Shown here: positions 43,201 through 53,523 of the stretch, one piece after another
Layout of the letters: every line of letters starts with the position of its first letter
How positions within the stretch are numbered: the first letter of the stretch is position 1
Source: Trichoplax adhaerens
Taxonomy: Eukaryota; Animalia; Placozoa
Assembly: GCF_000150275.1 (NCBI RefSeq)
Contig: NW_002060943.1
Span: forward strand, 3,678,008-3,742,007
Length of the DNA: 64,000 bases
Reading direction: 5' to 3'
Notes under the pieces: generated by a model
The model's input: the letters and a program-made list of their open reading frames with translations, nothing else
Databases searched by the model: none
Told to the model about the DNA's origin: nothing
Position numbers and translations under genes: made by a program

Positions 43201-46200
43201 ACATATCTAAACATGTGCCTTATCGAAATTCTCTCTTGACTATGCTCTTGAAAGACAGCATAGGTGCTATAGAGTTTACATGACTACTACAATGATACAT
43301 ATTTGATTCCAATTTTAGAGTATCCTAATCTGTATACTTTGCAATTTATAAGGTGGTAATTGTTTAACATCCATGGTTGCTACCATATCAAGTGATATGC
43401 ATAATTTAATGGAAACTATGTCGACTTTTCGATTTTCACAACGTGTTGCTTGCATCGAAAATTATGCGAGGTAAAGACATTAGCTCTGATTTATCTCATT
43501 CATTGAGGAATAATGTAGACTACTGCTGTATAATTGGGCTTGTATTGAATATTATTTTAATCGAACGGTTGTTAATTGTAATGAATTAATACTGGTAGCT
43601 AAAGTACTTATAAATGGTGGATAATAATTTACAGAATATTCACTGAAGTAGTATTTACTCACTTCATTTTAATGAATTGCACCCTGATATTATATGACGA
43701 GGTAAAGAATTTCAGCTCTGTTTCCTTCCATTCCTTGACGAGTAATATAGTCTATTACCATAAAATGGGGCTACATATTGAACATTGCACGAATCGAACG
43801 GTTGTTGACTGTAATAAATTAGTTTCGATAGAAAGCGTTCTTCCAATCGATGCATAATAATTTACTCCGAATTCATAAAAGTAGTATTTATTTACTCCAT
43901 CTTATTGAAGTTATAATTACTTTTGCTGTACTGTATACTAAATGTCGCCAGTACTACATCCTAGATTTAATAGGTAGAGAATAGCATTCGTCCTGCGGAT
44001 AAGCGAAAGAGCTAGAAAGATAGAGTTTTATTCGCTTCGAACCGATACATAATTTACTTGACGGTCGTCAAAGTAGTATACACTTCATTTTATTAGAGTT
44101 ATAATTTCTTTTATTGTATGGTGGATGTTAGTAGTATTGTATCCTAGCTTTGACACGTAAACGATGGCGTTAGCCCTATAGATATGTATAAGAGCTAGAA
44201 AGATAGTTTTATTAGCATAAATTAAACACGAATTTCTTATATACCGCTATGTTGTTAAGATTTCATGTTTTGTAAAGTGATTAGTTATTACAAATGCATT
44301 TACGAGAAAATTTTAGTAATTTTAAGGGATGTTATTATAATTTTAGATAAAAATTGTTCATGAAAAGGCATTTCTTACTTGTTAATAATATAGACGAAAT
44401 AAAGAATTAAACGATAAAACTATTATTAAGAAACTAAAGGAGAGAATAGTTCAACTTGAAGCTCACTTAATTTCTGGTGAAAGTGAGGTAATGTAATTTA
44501 TGTTTTTCGTTTTACAATAATTGATCCATAGTATTAAACAGAAAATTAACATAACTAACTTTTATTTATAGCCATTGACGAGGTATTTTATGTATTAATT
44601 CTTATTATTAAATGATGATATTACCTAGAATGAACAAAAATTAGGAAATTCTAGTCGTAAGCTTGATCTAGTGGATAAAAGAGATTGTGCAGAAATCGTT
44701 CACGCTTTTATAGCCGGAAAAGTAAACGATCCAATTAAAGCAGGTAGAACCCTTTAATAACGCAAGTTTTAACACAGTATCTTGTAAAGTAGGATTTAAT
44801 GCCTGGTTTGTATCTTAATTAAATTTAAATTTTGGTATCTTCTAGGTGTAAATAGTATCGAAATGTTTAGAGAATGCTTCGTGATTTTTCGGGCTATTAT
44901 TACTCAGAACAACATCAACCCTGAAGGATTCGAAAGGACAGGACAATCGAATGGTAATTTTCATTTAGTTATTGCAAGATTTCGCGAAAGAAAGAGTTTT
45001 AATATAATTAATATTGTACGATGAACGAATTTCATTCTATTTCTCAGTTTTCTACTTGTATATAATCACTAGATTCCATTTGGTCACGGGAGAATGATCG
45101 CAAAAGGAATAAATCGACTCCATCGAGTAAATTTGTTACTATGAACGATAACCGACAATCTTATGATATAGACAATGATGATCAACAGCTTCGTTATCAT
45201 TATTTAGCCCATCAGAGCAATACTAGTAGTCCAAGTAAATTAGCAAATAGTCCGGTTAAACAAATCTATAATAGCAAATATCAGGGGTTTAACCGATCCG
45301 ATAATTTATTGAAATCACCATCCAAAAAGTATAAAAGAAGTAAAACTTCAACCAATTCCATGTCGTCATCGACCAAGTCTACTCCTGCAGTAAATAAAAG
45401 TGCTACCTTTATAACCAAAGAAGAGAGTAAAGTAAAACATCGAAAAAGCAAATCGACTTCTAATATCGCAATATCATCATTAACAAACGAGTCTAAAGAT
45501 AGGAAACTACCTGCTTCTCAAGGTCGTCAAGGAATGTTAAATCAGTCAAGGTACTTTTTGATAAAGTAGTGGATGGATTTCTACGGCTATAGAACATTAG
45601 TAATACACGCGTGTAATAGTTAGCACTGCATCATAGAAGATATTCATTGTAGATTTCATTTTCTATCATAATTTAGCTCTCAATATGATCCCCCAAATTC
45701 CATGAATAACGTAGAAAATGAAGGTTTATTACAACAGAAACGGTTATTTCGAGATGATGAAATTGGTCCAGTAATTCAAGAATTAACATTCATACAACAG
45801 GAATTGAGGTTGGTTGCTCTAACAATATTTTCTGCCGCTTGTAATAGAAAATAAATTTCATTATTCTAAAGTAGAGTATATCCTAAACTTCTTCTATCGT
45901 ATTGATCGTCGTGTTTGAATGGTCATGATAGACGAAATGCCTTAACACTTGAAGACCAGCTAGCAGAACAACATGCTGAAATATTAAGATTAAAGCGTCG
46001 TAATGTCAACAACGAAATTATTGCTCGAGAGAAATTAGTGGAGAAGCAAATAAAAAATAAACTGGTAAATAAAGGATCTATTATTTGAGCCATCAAAGCA
46101 AACGCAGAGTTGAAGTTATTTGTAGTCTCTATGCCATTTTATTAATATTATTCGATGATAGGGTAGTGAAGCACGATTTAAATATATCTTGGATTTTATA

Positions 46201-47724
46201 AATGATTTTACTAGGATCGCACCGAAGTTCGACTTTCTCAGGTATCGCAGCAGCTAAAGCAACTTCTTGTAAATAAAAGTTCTCATGATGATCCTGATTA
46301 TCGAACTCCAACCTCACATGGAACGATAATTTCACCAGAGTCTAGTATGAAACAGTATGGAATCTCTGTAAGACTACAGAATCCAAATAAAGCTAAGGAT
46401 CAATTAGCAGCACAAGCAAACAAAACACCAACATCAACGGAAGAAAGTTCAAGATATTCCCATGAAATGGTAAATAATTTCTTCTTAAATCAATTTAAGC
46501 TAGGATAGACCATGCTTCATTTTTTGCGTATTAAACATAATTTTATTCTCTTTCTAACGGATAGAAATTAAATTCAACGGAGACATTGAATGGAGATGAA
46601 AATCAACAAAAGTTAATAGCTAAGGAGGAATCAACCAGGCAAAAATTGTTAGCTTTTAAAGCTCAGTTACGTGATAATCGAAAAAATTCAACTAGCCGAA
46701 GTACATCAGCGCCTCGCGAATTTACTAAACAGTATGATATGAATACGAGTAGTGGCGTTCAATCGGCTCCAGGAAGTAGTTGGAATACGGATGTTGAAAA
46801 TAAGGCTGCATCGGATTCATTTTCCAAAGTTTTTACTATGCCAACCTATGGCCCAGCAGCTTTCGCTATGGATCCTACTAATAGTATCAAAACTCAGTCT
46901 TCTAATGCAAGTACATCCATTATGACCAACACTAGCAATGCCACAAGTAGCCCAGATTATGTCACGCCGACAAAGCCGATGGAATCCATGAAGGTACATA
47001 GATACACCAATGATATTCATCGTTATTATGACTATCTAGGACTAAAATATTGCATACCATATAGAGAAAAAAGAATTTAGGTTTTCTTTGATCTTATGGT
47101 GTACCATAAGAGAGAAATAGATGAAGCAGCAAGATATAAATGTTAATGTTATTTTTCAATATTAAATCTTAGCAACAACCGACGAAACCAACCTATGGAA
47201 AACGTGGTTATAATCCTAAAAGTGTATTTAGTATCTCCAATACCCTATCGGAATATCCTTCCACTCCAGAAAATGAAACGATAACATCACCTAATGTGGG
47301 CCTTCATCATCATAAAGCAGTTAATGAAAATCATTCCTTGGCAGAGTCTAGCTACCAGACTACTTCATCCAGCCAGATAGTCATGGACAGAAGGCAAAAA
47401 ATTGACACATCAACTGGCAAGCAAGAACAAACATCTCCAGTAGGCATTAATATTAGTCCAAAAATGTTTAAGAAATCAACGCCTTCGCATGCTAATATAC
47501 CTAAAAAGTCAATAATAGGCCCTGAAAAATTTACTGTACAAAGTATTAGTAATGATGTCATTGCTGATACAGAACGAGAAAATTCTTATTCGTCTGCAGT
47601 ACGAAAGCAAAAAGACCGAATTGCCAAGATTCGAGCTGCCATGAAGGCTGCAACGGTTATACAACGAGCTTGGAGGAGTTACAAACTTCGTCGTGGTAGA
47701 AAATTGCCTACTAAGCGAATATAA
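40299..47724 (+). CDS. KIF6: Kinesin-9 family (KIF6-like) motor with long low-complexity tail and C-terminal IQ motif, 14 exons, about 1146 aa
   Basis: Exons 40299-40799, 42037-42251, 42835-43032, 43151-43263, 43353-43470, 44394-44487, 44629-44743, 44846-44953, 45073-45550, 45677-45808, 45932-46064, 46215-46469, 46565-46993, 47173-47724. The total of 3441 nt is in frame. P-loop [17 protein letters not shown], switch [13 protein letters not shown], switch [24 protein letters not shown] and [17 protein letters not shown] are KIF6-like. Confidence 0.88.
43555..44215. repeat. Diverged intronic tandem duplications in kinesin intron 5
   Basis: aatcgaacggttgtt..tgtaat.aatta at about 43559 and 43792. 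ataatttac...aagtagtat...gttataatt and aagagctagaaagatag are repeated at about 43857/44049 and 44008/44190. Confidence 0.7.
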
Positions 47725-47876
47725 TCATCGGCTCTCTCTCTCTCTAGCAAAGTTGAAATGGCACTCTCTTGCTTTCCAATAGCGCTAGATGCTTTCCCAG
47801 TTTGGACTACGTCCAGTCCGATGTTCATAGTGCCCTTTCTAATTCAGAATAACAAAGTAAATATTATGTCTGCAAC

Positions 47877-48525
47877 GCAAATGTAAAGATAGGCAGGAAT
47901 ACAGCAGAAGAAAAAAATCGAGCTATAATGAAGATTATGTCTGTTAAAGGAGAGATTGACCAAGTTGCTAATTTTATCGTGCTAAAAAACTTGTCTATAT
48001 TGTAACGCCATCATCATCTATTTCTCTAGAACTAGCTAATGTAAATTGATAGTTAAATGCTTTCATTTTGGTTGAGACCATATGATTTTTAGAACATAAT
48101 TCAGGCCCGTAGTGTTGAATTTTATGCCTATAATACAAATGTAAGATAGAAGGAAATAGAAGAAAAACGAATCGAGCTATAATGAAGATGATATCTGTTA
48201 AACGAGATTAACCAAGTTACCAATTTTATCCTTGTTCGACTACTTGTCTATATATCGTTGCAACGGAATCAAATCTCTTTCTACAACTAGCGAATATAAA
48301 TTTTCGCGTAAATCCATCGATTTTGTCTTATACGATATGACTTTTAGTGCTTAATGTAGGTGCATAGTTGTTGGAAATGTTATACTCAATATGACTATGG
48401 TAGCCAATGTAAATTTACGCGTAAATTCGTCAATTTGAAGGCACACAACATCATTTTTAGAGCGTAATATTGGTAGGTAGTTTTACAAAAGTTGAATAGA
48501 ACTAGCTAATGCAAATTTAGGCGTC
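47877..48525. repeat. Diverged duplication (period about 260 bp) with further short sub-repeats, downstream of the kinesin
   Basis: caaatgtaa.gatag...aatcgagctataatgaagat..t.tctgttaaa...ccaagtt at about 47878 and 48137. tagc.aat..aaatt recurs at about 48033, 48288, 48401 and 48503. Confidence 0.75.
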
Positions 48526-49639
48526 AATTTGTAGATTTCAATTCACACAATCTGATTTTGGATACGTAAAATGCCGTCAAAATTTTATGTTCAATAGGTG
48601 GAATACCTTTATTATTTTCATTTGTGTGTGTGTATATAAATATGTTGATCAGCGGCAACCAGTTTTTTTCTAGTGGTTTGATAATTACAATTGCCGTGTA
48701 AATTGACTTAATATCATCTACTACGATATTGTTGGAAGTGATGGCCAATGTTACTACATCTGGAAACAATTTTTTATTTGGTTTTTCGAACGGTCTGAGA
48801 ATAAAAGATTTATTTGAAACTTGTATTCAAAGTTGATCTTCTTTAATTTGGCTTATAAAGAACTCTAGAATGCTTGTTAGCCTATAGTGAATGTCCATTT
48901 TGCATGATTTTACACTTTAACCTTGAAAATGATGCGGTTTTATTTCCATATCCATCCAGTTTGCAGGAAATGAATATTCTCTTTCGAAAACTTACACTTA
49001 ATCCTTTTCTGCCAATATCTGATCGTTTGCTAAGCCATAGGGAGATTCATAGTTTAGTATCTATATCTAGATGAGTCAGCGAATTATTAACAGGAAAGGT
49101 GGAAATATTTGAATACCGTAGCCATTCCTGATCCAACTATTTTTGGAATGAAAAGTTGGAAGCTCGACGGAGAAAGTACTACAATTCACGTAGCCTACGA
49201 ATTTCAACGGGGCCGTCATGATAAGTTCTGTCCAGATAGTATTGAAAAGATTGATCGTTATACAGTTTTCTCTTTGGAAGGTTTAAGCTACTGCGGTGTG
49301 GGGAAGAAACGCATCTTCCTCTATGATTTTAATTTTCAAATGACATGCGTCTACCCTTAAAATATTCAGCTTTTTGAAAATTATGGTACTGTCTGTAGCC
49401 AATTTCAGTAGCAATCATGATCAATTTAAGGGTAATAAGATACTATTACTAAATAACGTTTGACTACCAAATTCTCTCATGAATTACACATAAGGATATC
49501 AAACTGTCTTATTAGTCTTGATAGAGACAGTTGAATCAATCTGCAATGCATTCTCTTGGAAGGTCACTTAAATATCTAATATCTCTGCACAAAGTGATAT
49601 GGATGCTTGTTGCTAACAGTACCAATTAATGCAATCATA

Positions 49640-50590
49640 CGAAGTTTTAGCAAGAAATCCATGAGCAAATCTGCATCGAATAGTGTCTCTAGTAGAAGCA
49701 TACGTTTATGTAATTAAGCGAAACTTGAATGAGAAAAACAAGGGCAAATCTGTTTATTCTTTTGCATCTGTTACAAGTATTGGCTTAGGCGTATGCAATA
49801 AAATATAGTTTGAAGAAGAAAATCTATAGCAGATCTACCTATGCATTTCTTGTTCAAACCTCATTTTATTGCATACGCGTAAATCAATACTTATAGCAAA
49901 AACAAAACAAACGATATGTAGATTTGCCCTTTCATTTCTTGTTCAAGTTTCACTTTTTATTGCATAAGCGTAAATCAGTACTTTCAACAGAAACAAAATG
50001 ACTGGTAGATTTGCCTTGTATTTCTTAAGTTTCACTTTTTATTGCATATGCGTAAATCAATACTTTTGAACAGAAACAAAATGGCATCCAAATTTGCCCT
50101 TGCATTTCTTGTCTCAGCTTGACTTTATCGCATAAATCAGTGCTTCTACAAGCTCGAAACAAACCAAAATTAGATGTAGATACACCTGTTGATGGTTTGG
50201 CTCTGGTATTTGTTACTCAAACTTGACTTTATTGCATCAATCAGTGCTTCTACTAGAAATAAGATTGGATGCAGATTTGCCTATGGATATCTTGCTCAAA
50301 CTTCATTTGGCTACGTCAATCAATCAATACTTACTTCTACGGGGAACAAAACGGCCTGCAGATCTGCGTGTAACCTTGCATCTGGTATGAGTACTGATTG
50401 CTGCAATTAAGAAAAGTTTGAGCAAGAAATGCATGGGCAAATTTGCATGTCATCTTGTTTCTGGTAGAAGTGATGATACCGATTACGACAAGCAAGTTGG
50501 AACAAGAAATGTATAGGCAAATCTGCATCGAGTCTTGTTTCTGCTAGAAGTAATGATTGATGCATAAGTGAAGTTTGAAAGGGAAATCTA
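49640..50590. repeat. Degenerate 80-90-bp repeat units in alternating orientation, forming two long imperfect palindromes
   Basis: Forward units (agtttga.caagaaat.cat.ggcaaatctgc) at about 49645-49830 and 50365-50590; reverse units at about 49836-50360. Symmetry centres at AGATCT 49831-49836 and 50360-50365. Confidence 0.85.
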
Positions 50591-50926
50591 AATGTCATTC
50601 ACGTCTCATTTTATGGATGGTAGTGAAGGTGGGATCAACAGTAACGTCCGACTCCTACAGTTTATCTAATCTTTAAGTCAAGATTGCAACAGAGCAGTAG
50701 GCAATGTGTCTTTGCGATCCAACTCTTACTATTACTGATGTCTGCTCTAGAACTACAGTAGGTAGAAAAGTGACCACTCAATATGCTTTGGACAAGGCAT
50801 TTTCATCGACTTTCCATGATTATGATTGAATGGCGACGAGTCGATCCTCTCATATTATCGACAGTAAGAGAATACTATCAAAGTCTATCAAAATTGCAGC
50901 AGTGGGATATGACTGTTGAGCAGTAA

Positions 50927-52750
50927 AGTTAGAACAAGAAATGCTGTGGCAAATCCGCGGGGAATTTATAACTGTTGAAAGTATGGATTTTACACGTAGG
51001 TAATCAAGTCAACAAGAAATGCTGTGGCCAATCTGCAGGGAATTTAATACCGTTGAAAGAATGGATTTTATACGTAGGTAATCAAAGCAACAAGAAGTGC
51101 AAGATCACATCTGTAGGGAATTTATTAGTGTTGAAAGTATGGATTTTACACTTAGGCAATCAAGGCAGCAAGAAATGCTCAGGCAAATCTGCAGGGAATT
51201 TGTTACTGTTGAAAGCATGGATTTTACTTGTAGGTAATCAGAGCAAGAAGAAATGCTCTGGCAAACCTGCAGGGGCTTTGTTACTGAATCAAAGCACCAA
51301 GAAATGCTCTAGCAAATCTGCAGGGAATTTGTTACTGTTGAAAGTAGGGATTTTACACGTAGGTAATCAGAGCAACAAGAAATGCTCTGGCAAATCTGCA
51401 GGGACTTTGTTACTGAATTAAAGCACCAAGAAATGCTCTAGCAAATCTGCAGGGAATTTGTTACTGTTGAAAGTAGGGATTTTACACGTAGGTAATCAGG
51501 GCCACAAGAAATGCTCTGGTATATCTGCAGGGAATTTGTTACTGTTGAAAGCATGGATTTTACACGTAGGTAATCAGAGCAAGAAGAAATGCTCTGGCAA
51601 ATTTGCAGGGACTTTGTTACTGAATTAAAGCACCAAGAAATGCTCTAGCCAATCTGCAGGGAATTTGTTACTGTTGAAAGTAGGGATTTTACATGTAGGT
51701 AATCAGAGCAACAAGAAATGCTGTGGCCAATCTGTAGGGAATTTGTTACTGTTGAAAGTATGGATTTTACATGTAGGTAATCAGAGCAACAAGAAATGCT
51801 CTGGCAAATCTGTAGGGAATTTGTTACTGTTGAAAGCATAGATTTCACACGTAGGTAATCAGAGCAACAAGAAATGCTGTGGCCAATCTGCAGGGAATTT
51901 GTTACTGTTGAAAGTATGGATTTTACACGTCGGTAATCAAAGCAACAAGAAGTGCAAGATCACATCTGTAGGGAATTTGTTACTGTTGAAAGTATGGATT
52001 TTACATGTCGGTAATCAGAGCAAGAAGAAGTGCAAGATCACATCTGTAGGGAATTTGTTACTGTTGAAAGTATGGATTTTACATGTAGGTAATCAGAGCA
52101 AGAAGAAGTGCAATGGCCAATCTGCAGGGAATTTGTTACTGTTGAAAGTATAAATTTTACATGTAGGTAATCAGAGCAAGAAGAAGTGCAATGGCCAATC
52201 TGCAGGGAATTTGTTACTGTTGAAAGTATAAATTTTACATGTAGGTAATCAGAGCAAGAAGAAGTGCAATGGCCAATCTGCAGGGAATTTGTTACTGTTG
52301 AAAGTATAAATTTTACATGTAGGTAATCAGAGCAAGAAGAAGTGCAATGGCCAATCTGCAGGGAATTTGTTACTGTTGAAAGTATAAATTTTACATGTAG
52401 GTAATCAGAGCAAGAAGAAGTGCAATGGCCAATCTGCAGGGAATTTGTTACTGTTGAAAGTATAAATTTTACATGTAGGTAATCAGAGTAAGAAGAAGTG
52501 CAATGGCCAATCTGCAGGGAATTTGTTACTGTTGAAAGTATAAATTTTACATGTAGGTAATCAGAGTAAGAAGAAGTGCAATGGCCAATCTGCAGGGAAT
52601 TTGTTACTGTTGAAAGTATAAATTTTACATGTAGGTAATCAGAGCAAGAAGAAGTGCAATGGCCAATCTGCAGGGAATTTGTTACTGTTGAAAGTATAAA
52701 ATTTACATGTAAGTAATCAAAGCAAGAAGAAGTGCAATGGCCAATCTGCA
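50927..52750. repeat. 78-bp tandem satellite, about 24 units including three 51-bp deletion variants
   Basis: Unit gcaagaagaagtgcaatggccaatctgcagggaatttgttactgttgaaagtataaattttacatgtaggtaatcaga, period 78 (e.g. 52111 to 52189). Short units ttactgaat.aaagcacc at 51281, 51410 and 51617. Confidence 0.97.
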
Positions 52751-52759
52751 TGCCCTGTT

Positions 52760-53400
52760 GTGTCTAGTACAAGAACTGATGGGCATAATCGACAATGGCA
52801 GCTTGAGCAAGAAACGCATAAGCAAATGGGCATGCTTGCAATTGGTGCCGTAGGATTGGTTGGTGTCAAGTAGCAAGCGTCAGCTTCACGCTTGTGACTG
52901 GCACTGATGGTGTGAAAAGTGTGTCATGTTTGCAGTGAAGCGTTGCGTGTCAGCCTCTTCAGCTCAGTGCAGCACCGTTACGAGTGGCTACTGTAGTGTT
53001 CATGTTGCACTGCACTACTCTACTGATTGTATAGTGTTCAGTGTAGTCGAGTGGAATGGAGAGGCAAGCCCCAAAATACCTACCTCGTATAGTCCAATTG
53101 GCGTTGTCTTTCCTGCCTACTGTCTGTCCGTATAGTTGTACCACGTCCAGTAGAGGTAGGTGACCCAAAGTGTGGATGACCAACAACGCTGGTGAGGCGT
53201 GGATGGTGATATCGCAGGTGACAGTCGTTTGACGACGGATGGATGGCCAATTGGACGGCACTCATCCATAGCCATCATGGGACGGGATGGGACTGGATAG
53301 CAGCTCAGTGAAAGGCAGCCATGAGAGTAATGGAGACCGCTGCTGGCCACTGGAAATTCCCCCAATTGGCTTGCTAATGATCATCGTATTAATATTTTCT
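52760..53400. promoter_or_regulatory. Locally GC-elevated region upstream of CLK with three CCAATTGG palindromes; putative promoter/5'UTR
   Basis: Visibly higher GC than the flanks. CCAATTGG at 53094, 53247 and 53362, directly 5' of the ATG at 53524. Confidence 0.45.
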
Positions 53401-53523
53401 ACCTCTTGATTCCGTCCAAATTACTTGACTAATCAAAGCCTACTCTTGTCTGGCCATTCATACCCTTTAGCCATCCGTAGACAACATTGTAAAGTATTGC
53501 AAGAGAGAGAGAGAAGAAAAAAA

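Noticed and set aside
44572-44582. Apparent 11-nt micro-exon (ag|ccattgacgag|gt) in the kinesin gene
   Set aside because: The flanking exons already join in phase 0. Inclusion would frameshift to a stop and leave a 46-nt intron.
48520-49400. Short ORFs and a stop-poor minus-strand frame suggesting a pseudogene or TE remnant
   Set aside because: No recognisable motif and no consistent splice structure. A tBLASTx search would be needed.
50730-50770. 13-mer tactgatgtctgc shared with the 85-bp repeat at 1551
   Set aside because: Too short to establish homology without an alignment statistic.
50975-52751. ORFs of 26-aa repeats on both strands (LLLLKVWILHVGNQ..., LQIGHCTSSCSDYLHV...)
   Set aside because: By-product of a 78-bp (and 51-bp) triplet-multiple satellite. 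Both frames are broken by stops in variant units and match no repeat protein family I recognise.
52926-53523. Several ORFs in the GC-elevated region, and the TTG-started extension of CLK exon 1
   Set aside because: Expected in higher-GC sequence. AAAATG at 53524 is the natural start.
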